DNA of 64,000 nt from an uncultured Acidobacteriota bacterium (GTDB taxonomy: Bacteria > Acidobacteriota > JAQAZP01), in contig CAWIIB010000009.1 of NCBI GenBank assembly GCA_963836075.1, positions 32,001 through 96,000 on the forward strand, written 5' to 3'. A model generated the notes under the pieces. The model ran no database searches. It had not been told where the DNA came from and worked only from the letters and a program-made list of their open reading frames with translations. How positions within the stretch are numbered: position 1 is the first letter of the stretch; each line of letters begins with the position of its first letter. A program made the translations under genes and the position numbers. Shown piece by piece: positions 1 to 10,721 of this stretch.

Positions 1-2
1 GC

Positions 3-755
3 TCAGTTGGTCGCCTCCGCCGCCGGGGCCGATGACGCGGGCTGGTTGCCGGACCAGAAGAGGATCCGCTTGCAGTTGTCGCAGTGCATGATCTCGGTCA
101 GCAGCTTCACTTCACAGACCAGTTGGGGCCGCAACCGCACATGGCAGGCCATACAGGTCTCGCCCACCACCCGGGCCACTCCCACACCGCCGCGCATCTT
201 GGCCACACGCTTGAAGACCGAGAGTATCGCCGGGTCGATGGAGGCCCCCAGCTCTTCGATCCGGCCGGCCAGTTCGTCCCTCTCGGCGCTCATTTTCTGC
301 CGTTTGGCTTCCAGGACGCCGCGCTCCTCTTCACATTGCTGGCACACCAGCTCGTGTTCGGCCTTGTGCCGCTGCAGCTCGCTGGTCAGTCGCTTGGCCA
401 ACTCCTCCGCCTCGTACTGGCGCTCGAGGATGCCGTATGAGTTTTCCTCGGCGGCCTCGATCTGCCGCTCCATGGCGCGGTACTGCTCGTTGGTCTTGAT
501 GTCCTTGCTGTTCAGCTTGCTCTTGAACTCGGAGATCTTCCCCTGGCTGTCCTCCATCTCCCGGCCCAGCCGCCGGGCCTCCTTGCCGGCCTCCTCCCGC
601 TGACGCTCCAGTTCGGCGGTCTTCTCGTCCGACATCCTCAGCTTGTCCCCGGTCTGCTCGATCCGACCGGGAATGGTCTCCATCTCACCTTCCATCTGCT
701 GGATGATCTGGGAGAGGCGCTGCAGTTCCATCAGTTTTTTCAGTTGCTCTTCCAA
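3..755 (-). CDS. C4-type zinc ribbon domain protein (coiled coil + zinc ribbon, DUF164-like)
   Basis: Long coiled coil ending in CMAC...CDNC. Likely TTG start at 755 after GAGG. Usual neighbour of rpoD-tRNA-Ile2. Confidence 0.85.
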   Translation of the reverse strand: MEEQLKKLMELQRLSQIIQQMEGEMETIPGRIEQTGDKLRMSDEKTAELERQREEAGKEARRLGREMEDSQGKISEFKSKLNSKDIKTNEQYRAMERQIEAAEENSYGILERQYEAEELAKRLTSELQRHKAEHELVCQQCEEERGVLEAKRQKMSAERDELAGRIEELGASIDPAILSVFKRVAKMRGGVGVARVVGETCMACHVRLRPQLVCEVKLLTEIMHCDNCKRILFWSGNQPASSAPAAEATN

Positions 756-817
756 AATTACCTCGATACCCCCGGCCGGCGGGTCAGGGCGTCGGGCCCC
801 CCGCCGGACCGTACATG

Positions 818-844
818 AAAAAGGGTGCCGCACTTACGGCACCC
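818..844 (-). terminator. Rho-independent terminator downstream of rpoD-tRNA
   Basis: Minus strand reads GGGTGCCG-taagtg-CGGCACCC-TTTTT. Confidence 0.8.
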
Positions 845-974
845 TGTCAGGTCCCCGGGCCGGCACAGTGCCGCCGCGAGGGGGAAGTCCGCGGGTGACG
901 CCGCGAACCGGCCCGCCCTGCGAACGGCGAGTTGGCACCGGTTTTCCATGGCCTGATTGAGCCTCGTTCTATTG

Positions 975-1050
975 TGGTGGGCCCACCTGGGATCGAACCA
1001 GGGACCAGCCGGTTATGAGCCGGCGGCTCTGCCAACTGAGCTATGGGCCC
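975..1050 (-). tRNA. tRNA-Ile2 (CAT anticodon, lysidine type)
   Basis: 76-nt cloverleaf GGGCCCATAGCTCAG...GGCTCATAACC...GGTTCGATCC...CCCACCA with encoded CCA. CTCATAA loop and position after rpoD fit Ile2 better than Met. Confidence 0.93.
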
Positions 1051-1082
1051 ACTGTGATGGACGGTTACGAACACCGGGGCTC

Positions 1083-2768
<1,686 letters not shown>

Positions 2769-2965
2769 CGTGGTTCTTTCTCTAGCCACTGTTCGAACCC
2801 TGTCCTTCCGTCGTTTGCCGCCGGTGTGCCGCATCCACCAACCCGGGTGAATCAGCCGGGACCACCCTCCCTACCGCAGAGTATCCCAACACTAGCAGAA
2901 GACTATCCAAACGGTTATGATATCACAACTACTGCCTGTTCAACGAACAATATTTTCTATCCGGG

Positions 2966-4777
2966 TCACCGGTAGAGCGCAATTTCCCGGAGCAGCGCCA
3001 TTTTCTCCTGCAGCAGCTGCCGCTGCAGCTCCGGGCTGGCGGCGCACTCGGGGTCCTTGAGCCGCCGCTGGACCACCTTCAGTCTCTCCTGGAGCAGCGC
3101 GGTGAGCACGGCCCCGAGACAGCTCTCCGCCTCCTCGTGGGGGTCAAAGGTCGTTTTCCCGTTGCCGTTGGCCTCCACCGGTTCCTGGGCCACGGCGGCC
3201 AGCAGTTCGCGCAGCCCGCCCGCTTCCGGCAGCATCTCGTGAACCCGGGGCACGTCCACCTCCTCTCCGCTGCCCGCCAGCTCAACCATCCTGCCGATAA
3301 TCGGCCCGCAGACCAGCTGCCCCAGATCGTGCCCCTTGAGCATCTTCAGGGCCCGGGTGCGGACCATGGGGTAGCTGATCATCAGGGCCAGCAGACGCCG
3401 CTCGGCGATACCGGGCTGCAGGGCCCTGGTCGGCTGTGGTCCGGGGGCCGCCCGGCGGCGCTGCAGGCCCTGGGACATCTGCAACAGCTTCTCCAGCACC
3501 AGCCCCTCTTCCACCCGGGCCCGCTGGGCGATCAGCGGCAGATACTCCCGCTGCTTGATCTTCTCCGGCACCGAGAGGAGAAAGGGCAGCACGTCCTCGA
3601 TCACCGCCAGCTTGCCCCCCGGGCGGTTCAGGTCGTGCCGGTCCAGGCTGCGGTCCAGCTGGTGCTCGAAGAAGGGCTTCGCCTGTTCCAGCAGTTCGGC
3701 AAAGGCCCCGGCGCCGTGGGCCCGGATGTAGTCATCCGGGTCCTCGCCCGGGGGCAGGTCCACCACCTGGACTTCGAACCCCTCGTGGAGAAAAATGTGG
3801 ATGCTGCGCCGCGACGCCTCGTCCCCGGCCTGGTCGGGATCGAAGCTGATCAGCACCCGCCGGGCATAGCGGGAGAGGAGCCGGGCCTGCCCCTCGGTGA
3901 GGGCGGTTCCCAGGGGGGCCACCACGTTGGCCACCCCGGCCCGGGCGACCTGGATCACATCGAAGTAGCCTTCAACCACCACCGCCGAACCCTTTTCGCG
4001 GATCGCCTTGCCGGCCAGGTCGAGACCGTAGAGCTGCTCCCCCTTGCGGTAGATCAGTGTTTCGGGGGAGTTGAGAAACTTGGGATCCCGCGGCCCCGGT
4101 TCGCCGTGGACCCGCCCGCCAAAGGCGATGATGTTGCCCTGGGGGTCGCGGATGGGGATGGTGATCCGGTTGCGGAAACGGTCGTAGCAGCCCTGCTCGC
4201 TGCGCCGGGACACGGCCAGACCGCACTTCTCCAGTTCGGCGGAGGGGATGGAGTGGCTGGCCGCCTCCTTGACCAGCCCGTCCCAGCCGGCCGGGGCATA
4301 GCCCAGACCGAAGGTTTCGGCCGCCTCCCGGTCCAGGCCCCGTTTTTCCAGGTAGGCCGCCGCCTTCTTCCCCTCGCCGGTCTCGGCCAGGCAGCGGCGG
4401 AAGAACGCCTGGGCCAGGCGGTGGATCTTCCGCGCCCGCTCCCGGTCGCTGACGCTGGCCCCGGGCCGTCCGCCGGACCGCCGCGGCAGCTCCACACCCG
4501 CCTTTTCCGCCAGCTGCTTCAGCGCCTCGGGAAACTCGAGGTTCTCGATCATCATCAGGAACTTGAACACGTCCCCGCCGCGGTTGCAGCCGAAACAGTA
4601 AAACATCTGGCGGTCTTCGCTGACCGAGAAGGAGGGGGCCTTCTCGCCGTGGAAGGGGCAGAGGCCCATCATCTTCGTCCCCGCCTTGCGCAGCTGGACG
4701 TACTCCCCCACCAGGGAGACGATGTTGGTCGCCCCGCGCACCTGCTCCACAACCGCCCTGTCGTCCAGGTCGCTCAC
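2966..4777 (-). CDS. dnaG: DNA primase
   Basis: CPFHGEKAPSF...CFGC zinc finger, KFLNSPET, TOPRIM motifs VEGYFD and FDPDQAG. Confidence 0.97.
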   Translation of the reverse strand: MSDLDDRAVVEQVRGATNIVSLVGEYVQLRKAGTKMMGLCPFHGEKAPSFSVSEDRQMFYCFGCNRGGDVFKFLMMIENLEFPEALKQLAEKAGVELPRRSGGRPGASVSDRERARKIHRLAQAFFRRCLAETGEGKKAAAYLEKRGLDREAAETFGLGYAPAGWDGLVKEAASHSIPSAELEKCGLAVSRRSEQGCYDRFRNRITIPIRDPQGNIIAFGGRVHGEPGPRDPKFLNSPETLIYRKGEQLYGLDLAGKAIREKGSAVVVEGYFDVIQVARAGVANVVAPLGTALTEGQARLLSRYARRVLISFDPDQAGDEASRRSIHIFLHEGFEVQVVDLPPGEDPDDYIRAHGAGAFAELLEQAKPFFEHQLDRSLDRHDLNRPGGKLAVIEDVLPFLLSVPEKIKQREYLPLIAQRARVEEGLVLEKLLQMSQGLQRRRAAPGPQPTRALQPGIAERRLLALMISYPMVRTRALKMLKGHDLGQLVCGPIIGRMVELAGSGEEVDVPRVHEMLPEAGGLRELLAAVAQEPVEANGNGKTTFDPHEEAESCLGAVLTALLQERLKVVQRRLKDPECAASPELQRQLLQEKMALLREIALYR

Positions 4778-4787
4778 CCCGTCCCTC

Positions 4788-7262
4788 TTATTCCTTCAAT
4801 TGCACCACGGTGACACCACTGCCGCCTTCCTGCTGGGCCGCTGCCCGGAAGCCATCCACGTGGGGATGACCGTCCAGCAGGTCGGCCACCGCCCGGCGCA
4901 GAGCCCCGGTGCCGTGGCCGTGGATCACCCGCACGGTGCGCAGCCCGGAGAGCGTGGCATTGTCAAGAAACTTGTCCACCCGGGGCAGAGCCTCCTCCAC
5001 CCGCTGCCCGATCACTTTCAACTCGTTGCCGGAGATCATGTCGCCGCGGCCCTCCAGCTCGATCAGCGCCGTACCGCCGATGGTGAACCCGCCGCCGCTA
5101 TCCGGCGCCGCTTCGGGGACCACCGGCTCGCCACCGGCAATGAGGTTCTCGCGGAAGACGGTCATCCGCTTGCCCTCCACGGTGAGCAGTGTCTCGCCGC
5201 GGTCCGGGTGGTCGCTGACCACGGTGCCGCGGAGCGAGGTGTTGCGCAGCTTGACCCGCTCCCCCGGTTCCAGGGGCCGGACCGGTTTCGCCTCCTCGCC
5301 CCGGGTGGGGGTCAGCGCCCCGCGGGTCTCGCTCACCGTGGCGGTCAGGCGCTTCCGTTCGCGGTTCGCCGCGGCGCGGACCTTTTCCGACACCGCCCGG
5401 TCCTTGAGACCGGCCACCAGCTCTTCCACCTTGCTGCTGAACCGGGCCAGCACCTTCTCCGCCTCTTCCATGCGGGTGGCCAGGAACTCGTTCTCCCGCT
5501 GGATGAAGGCCTCCTGCTCCCGCTCCTTGTCCCGCACCAGCTGCTGCAGGCGGTCCCGCTCGGCCTTGATCGACTCCTCCTCGCGCCGGGCGCGGGCCAG
5601 GGTCTCCTCCAGCCGGGCCACCATCTGCTCCACTCGCCGGTCCTGGTCGCCGAGGTAGGCCCGGGCCTGGTCGATGATCTCCCCGGGGAAGCCCACGGTC
5701 TCGGCCACCCGGAAGGCGTTGGAGCTGCCCGGGACACCGGGGATCAGCTTGAAGGAGGGGGCCAGGGTCTCCTCGTCAAAGGACATGGAGCCGTTGACCA
5801 CCCCGTTGGTGGCAAAGGCATACGACTTCAGCGCCTGGTGGTGGGTGGTGGCCAGGGTCCAGGCGCCGCGGGAGTGGAAATGGTCGAGGATGGCCATGGC
5901 CAGCGCCGCCCCCTCGGCGGGGTCGGTGCCCGACCCGATCTCGTCCAGCAGGACCAGCGACGGGGGCTGCAGGTTGTTGATGATCGTCTTGATGCTGTTC
6001 AGGCGGCCGGTGAAGGTGCTCAGGTTGGCGATGATGTCCTGGCGGTCGCCGATATGCGCGGCCACCGCCTCGAACACGGGGAGGACGGTGCCCTCCCCCA
6101 CCACCGGCGGCAAACCGCTCTGCAGCATCAGCACCGCCAGCCCGGCCGTCTTCAGCGCCACGGTCTTGCCCCCGGCATTGGGTCCGGTGATCACCATGGC
6201 CCGGGCCCCCTGGTCCAGCGCCAGGTCCAGCGGGACCACCTGGTCCACCGGCGATGCCCCGGACGGCCCGGACTCCAGACCCACCTCGCTGCGCTGCAGG
6301 GCCAGCTTCTCGTCCAGCAGGGGGTGCCGGGCGCCCACCAGCCGCAGTTCCTCACCGCTGGCGGCGATGCGGGGGCGGGCCGACCGGGTGGCTTCGGCGA
6401 ACTTCGCCTTGCCGGCCAGGAAGTCGAAGCGGGAAAGCCCCTCCACCAGCTGGGCCAGCTCGTCACGTCGCTCGCGGACCTGGTGGGTCAGGGCGAGGAG
6501 GATCCGCGCCGTCTCCTGGCGCTCCTCCTCGCGGGCCATGGTCAGCTTGTTGTTCACCTCCACCGTCTGGAACGGCTCGACAAAGAAGGTGGATTCGGTG
6601 GATGAGCGGCCGTGGACGATGCCGGGAACGGCGTTCTTGTGCTCCGACTTGACCAGCACTACGTAGCGGTCGTCGCGCAGGGTGATGTAGTCCTCCTGCA
6701 GGACGTGGGAGAGGTCTTTTTCCCCGGTGAGACGCTCCAGACGCTTGACGATTTCGCCGCGCAAAGACTTCAAACTGCGCCGGATCCGGGCCAGCTCGGG
6801 GGACGCGCCGTCCACCACCTCGCCCTTGCGGCTGATCACCTTGCGCACCGCCCGAACCAGGTCCGAAAGGTCGGGGACGGCGGCCGATTCGGCGGCCAGG
6901 CGCGGGCAGCGTCCGGCCAGGGACCCCACCTCCTCGCGGATCCGCCGGCCGGCCTCGGCATTGCGTACCAGGGTCAGGAACTCGGCCGGCGCCAGCCGGC
7001 GGTTGACCACCCGCAGCGCGGGCAGCACCCCCTCCAGGGCTTCCACCCCGGTGAGGTCCAGCTCGAACCCGCCGGCCAGGGCGTCCCGCATCTCCCAGGT
7101 GGCCTCCTGCTCGCCGGTCACCCATTCCGGGTCGCGGCGGAACCTGGCGGCCTCCACGGCGGCCGCTCCCAGCGGGGTCTGGCAGAATCGGGCGACGATA
7201 CGCCGGACCTTGTCCAGTTCAAGCAGAGATACCACTTCCTCCTGATTCATCATTCTATCCAT
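4788..7262 (-). CDS. mutS2: Endonuclease MutS2
   Basis: ITGPNAGGKT Walker A, LLDEIGSGTDP, C-terminal Smr domain (VIHGHGTGALR). Confidence 0.95.
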   Translation of the reverse strand: MDRMMNQEEVVSLLELDKVRRIVARFCQTPLGAAAVEAARFRRDPEWVTGEQEATWEMRDALAGGFELDLTGVEALEGVLPALRVVNRRLAPAEFLTLVRNAEAGRRIREEVGSLAGRCPRLAAESAAVPDLSDLVRAVRKVISRKGEVVDGASPELARIRRSLKSLRGEIVKRLERLTGEKDLSHVLQEDYITLRDDRYVVLVKSEHKNAVPGIVHGRSSTESTFFVEPFQTVEVNNKLTMAREEERQETARILLALTHQVRERRDELAQLVEGLSRFDFLAGKAKFAEATRSARPRIAASGEELRLVGARHPLLDEKLALQRSEVGLESGPSGASPVDQVVPLDLALDQGARAMVITGPNAGGKTVALKTAGLAVLMLQSGLPPVVGEGTVLPVFEAVAAHIGDRQDIIANLSTFTGRLNSIKTIINNLQPPSLVLLDEIGSGTDPAEGAALAMAILDHFHSRGAWTLATTHHQALKSYAFATNGVVNGSMSFDEETLAPSFKLIPGVPGSSNAFRVAETVGFPGEIIDQARAYLGDQDRRVEQMVARLEETLARARREEESIKAERDRLQQLVRDKEREQEAFIQRENEFLATRMEEAEKVLARFSSKVEELVAGLKDRAVSEKVRAAANRERKRLTATVSETRGALTPTRGEEAKPVRPLEPGERVKLRNTSLRGTVVSDHPDRGETLLTVEGKRMTVFRENLIAGGEPVVPEAAPDSGGGFTIGGTALIELEGRGDMISGNELKVIGQRVEEALPRVDKFLDNATLSGLRTVRVIHGHGTGALRRAVADLLDGHPHVDGFRAAAQQEGGSGVTVVQLKE

Positions 7263-7480
7263 GGTGGAAATTCGGAAAATTCCGTGTCACCGGCGGCCTC
7301 TTGGGGAAGACGGCCCGAGGGTGGGACATGGAACCCGCCGGAACACCCTCGGGAAAGTGGGTCCGGCAAAGAAAAATCCCCGCGGCGCAGGTGTCGGTCG
7401 GGGATCGAAGCCGGAACTCAAGACCTTTATCTGAATGGATGAATATAGGTTTCGGTCCGCGGAGAGTCAAGGGAAAATCG

Positions 7481-7744
7481 TCAAAAAAATGCCGATTTGC
7501 GGTTGATCCGGGGATTCAGACGATACACAGGGCAAACGGCGGGCCTATAGTCGCCCCCGATGGCCTTTTTCCCCATATGGTCCCTTATAAATTCGACCCA
7601 TTTCTGCAGCTCCGCCGGCTCATCAAAGATCCTTTTGGGAATGACAGCAATTCCGGTGGGCTCCATGATGACCTCAACGGAATCGTCCGTGTCGATCACT
7701 TCCCGGGCATTGGCCCAGGAGAATCTGAGCTCCTCCCCCATCAC
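7481..7744 (-). pseudogene. Possible YcxB-like C-terminal gene fragment
   Basis: FSW...VIDTDDSV...AVIPKRIF resembles the YcxB domain. No N-terminal TM part, and it abuts the attC-like remnant. Confidence 0.35.
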
Positions 7745-7822
7745 CTGCGGCAGGTGGCACGGCCGTTGCCACCAGCCAGGGGCGTGACAAACGGCGTTGT
7801 CGGGTGCAAGTGCTGGTTAGGC
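7738..7822 (-). mobile_element. Degenerate integron attC-like site
   Basis: Minus strand GCCTAAC-cagcacttGCACCcgac...gtcacgcccctggc...gccgtgcca...gcaGGTGAtg has R''/L''/L'-like boxes. The terminal GTTRRRY is missing. Confidence 0.5.
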
Positions 7823-8052
7823 AATTCCCCAACACTCCAGCGGCTTCGCTAATTCAAGAACTGCATCCCTTCAACAATCTACCACACTCCCTGGAGTCTA
7901 GGCGTGGAACATCGTTTGCTATCTATCTCTCGGGTCCAGTCGTTTCGCAAATCCCACAACGTAGTCCATGTTAACCCCTTCTGAACCCTTCGCTTCAGGG
8001 TGATGACTACCGGGACATACCTCAAATATAGTCCAAGGGCGTCCCGTTGGAT

Positions 8053-8081
8053 TTGACAAGACTTTCACCTGGGGCTATACT
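8053..8081 (+). promoter_or_regulatory. sigma70-type promoter of the Rrf2 gene
   Basis: TTGACA-17 bp-TATACT, about 20 bp upstream of the ATG. Confidence 0.8.
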
Positions 8082-8100
8082 GCTACCCAAGAGGTCGTAG

Positions 8101-8625
8101 ATGAGATCAAGCATGTATGGTGCCAGCGTAGAATATGCTCTTCATTCACTGCTTATCATGCTTAGGCAAGAGGAGCGCATCAGCGTGCGAAACCTTGCGC
8201 AGTTCCAGCAACTCCCTGAACGGTTTCTCGCGAAACTTTTCACTAGGCTGAGGAGAGCAGGAATCGTTGATGGGACGGTTGGCATTCGCGGAGGCTTCAT
8301 CTTTGCGCGTTCACCGGAGCAGATTACGATCATGGATGTGCTCGAAGCAGTCGATCCGAACCGCTCGTTTTTTGAATGCGCAGAGATTCGCAGGAATTGT
8401 GAGTTGTTCGGCTCTAAACCTCCGGCCTGGAGCGTCGCAGGTACGTGTGGGATCCACCTCGTTATGCAAGAAGCGGAAGTTGCACTTCGCAGTGTTCTGA
8501 CTTCAAAGTCGATCGCCGATTTGGGCCGCGGTTTCGAGCACAAGGCTCCAGAAAAATTCTTGCAAAATGAGCAGGTCTGGTTCAAGAAGAGCCGGAAAGC
8601 CAGAAAAAGCAAAACGACGGGCTGA
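8101..8625 (+). CDS. Rrf2 family transcriptional regulator
   Basis: EYALHSL, wHTH with GIRGGF..ARSPEQIT, three C-terminal Cys (FFEC..RNC..CGIH). Confidence 0.9.
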   Translation: MRSSMYGASVEYALHSLLIMLRQEERISVRNLAQFQQLPERFLAKLFTRLRRAGIVDGTVGIRGGFIFARSPEQITIMDVLEAVDPNRSFFECAEIRRNCELFGSKPPAWSVAGTCGIHLVMQEAEVALRSVLTSKSIADLGRGFEHKAPEKFLQNEQVWFKKSRKARKSKTTG

Positions 8626-8708
8626 CACCCACAATCCGGGTCCCAAGGCTAGCCCTGCTCCTTTTGCAATACACGCAGACAACAATCCAAATAGAAAGAG
8701 AAATTCTC

Positions 8709-9437
8709 ATGACTAACCGAATCTTCCTCGCAGGTGCTTCTGGCGCAATAGGCAGGCGCTTAGCGCCCTTGCTTGTTGGCAACGGATGGCAAGTGATCGG
8801 CTCTACTCGCTCAGAAAGCAAAGTCAATCAATTGAGAGAGATGGGAGTCGAGCCAGCTGTGGTCGACGTCTTCGATGCCGTAGAGCTAGAAAGCCTACTT
8901 TCCGAGGTTCGCCCGAACATCGTAATTCACCAACTGACCGACCTGCCATTCGCACTGGACGAGAGCTTGATGACCGCGGCCCTCGTTCGCAATGCACGCC
9001 TCCGTGACGAGGGCACTCGTAATCTCGTCGCAGCTGCGGTGCACGTTGGAGTCAGTCGTTTGATTGTGCAAAGCATTGCCTTTATCTATGACGAAGGCCC
9101 AAAGCCATATAAAGAGTCAGCACCGTTATTGCCCAATACGCATCCGGTCTATGGCGAGACGGTACAAGGTGTTGTCAGTCTCGAAAACCAGGTGACCGAA
9201 GCTCCGCTCGATGGGATCATCCTGCGCTACGGCTTATTCTACGGTCCAGGAACGGGCTTTGATTCGGCCATCGCTCCGGGTTCGGTACATGTCGACGCGG
9301 CCGCTAAAGCTGCCGAGCTTGCCGTCACACGCGGGGAACCCGGCATCTACAATGTGACTGAAACGGATGGTACTACGTCGAGCGACAAAGCCATTGAGGC
9401 TTTCGGCTGGAACGCCGATTGGCGAACCACTGTCTGA
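8709..9437 (+). CDS. NAD-dependent epimerase/dehydratase (atypical SDR)
   Basis: IFLAGASGAIG Rossmann motif, IHQLTDL, LRYGLFYGPG. Confidence 0.88.
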   Translation: MTNRIFLAGASGAIGRRLAPLLVGNGWQVIGSTRSESKVNQLREMGVEPAVVDVFDAVELESLLSEVRPNIVIHQLTDLPFALDESLMTAALVRNARLRDEGTRNLVAAAVHVGVSRLIVQSIAFIYDEGPKPYKESAPLLPNTHPVYGETVQGVVSLENQVTEAPLDGIILRYGLFYGPGTGFDSAIAPGSVHVDAAAKAAELAVTRGEPGIYNVTETDGTTSSDKAIEAFGWNADWRTTV

Positions 9438-10023
9438 TGGGGCGCCATTACTAAAATGGGCATCATTAGTACCATTGAACATGCAGGCCATTCCAGGGTG
9501 TCGGGCACCGAACCCGTATTCGACGCCTTGGATATTTTGTCCGTTATTTGCCTAACAATTGACTATCTGGATATCCGTATATCCACATCCTCGAGTTATT
9601 TTAAGACTCGTTCCAGGGCCTGGACTGCCAGGCTCGATGATGGCATTAGAGCTGCGTAATTAGCTGAAGAATCTGATACACATTACCTTTACCGAGCGAT
9701 AGTGACAAGTGTTTGCGTAACGTGCAATCGGTCATAGGCCCAAATAAACCCGGCAGGGCGTTGATATATGGAATGACTGGCGGGGTTTGCCTCCTGGCTC
9801 CGTTCGCGGTGGATGGCCCGGGAGAAACGGCTGCCACAGATCCTGAAAATGGATATCGATTTCGATGCGGAGGGGCGGTCCGGACTGCCCCCTGCCATCC
9901 GGGGGCCGGGCCGGTGGCGGACATATCAGTGGCCAAACAGGGGTAATCACTTGATCCAGATTCGCCGATTTGTTGAAATATGTTAGGGTTAAGCAACTAA
10001 TTGACCGGAGGATGGTGGAAACT

Positions 10024-10716
10024 ATGTCCGACAACGATCAGAAACCGGTGAACGGGGCCGGAGTACCGTTCCGGATTCGGGACTGTGCCCTGATCCCGCT
10101 GGCCACCGGTTTGAAGGCGCAGAACCTGAAAGAGCTGCGGGACCTGCTGCAGGATGTTGATGCCGGGTGCGTCTACTACGCCTTCTGGGGCGGGCTGCTC
10201 AAGCCGGGGTTCGAGAACCCGGAGTATGCCAACGACTTTGCCGCCTGGGCCCACAGGTCGCTGCACGACGATGTGCTGGCGGAGAAACTGGGGGTGATCG
10301 ACCCCACCGAATTCGAGAACCTGGAGGCATTGCGGCGTGAACTGCTGGACGTGATCGAGGAACACCTGGACACTATCGAAGCCATCGCCTGGACGCGCCG
10401 CGACCAGCAGTTCAACTTCATCACCTCGCAGATCGTGGTCTTTGACGCCCAGCGGGAGATCACCGAGCCGCGGGAACTGTCGGCGCTGGTGGGGCAGTTG
10501 AGCAGCAGCAGCGTCTTTTACCACTTCATCGACGCCCGCCGGCGCACCGAGGAGTCGATGGACGACTTCCGGGTCTGGCTCAACGGGTTCGGGGACCGGT
10601 TCAGCGACCTCCAGGAACAGCTGGCCGAAGTGGACCCCTATTTTTCCACCCTGGTGGAGCTGCGCCAACGGCTGGCCTCGCTCTTCGAGGGCTATTTCAT
10701 CGCCAACCGGCACTGA
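10024..10716 (+). CDS. DUF5752 family protein
   Basis: Internal duplication (YANDFAAW / MDDFRVW; VIDP / EVDP). Directly upstream of a TreT-type glycosyltransferase. Confidence 0.75.
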   Translation: MSDNDQKPVNGAGVPFRIRDCALIPLATGLKAQNLKELRDLLQDVDAGCVYYAFWGGLLKPGFENPEYANDFAAWAHRSLHDDVLAEKLGVIDPTEFENLEALRRELLDVIEEHLDTIEAIAWTRRDQQFNFITSQIVVFDAQREITEPRELSALVGQLSSSSVFYHFIDARRRTEESMDDFRVWLNGFGDRFSDLQEQLAEVDPYFSTLVELRQRLASLFEGYFIANRH

Positions 10717-10721
10717 GGACC

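Noticed and set aside
876-890. Plus-strand GAGGGGGAAGTCC resembling the RNase P RNA GAGGAAAGTCC motif
   Set aside because: The spacer is only about 200 nt, lacks the 3' P4 partner motif, and the match is antisense to the flanking transcription unit.
975-1050. tRNA-Met assignment for the CAT anticodon
   Set aside because: It lacks the initiator C1:A72 mismatch and GGG/CCC anticodon stem. Sequence and context fit Ile2.
9646-10034. Short ORFs between the SDR gene and the trehalose operon
   Set aside because: No recognisable motif or RBS; probably intergenic or promoter sequence.
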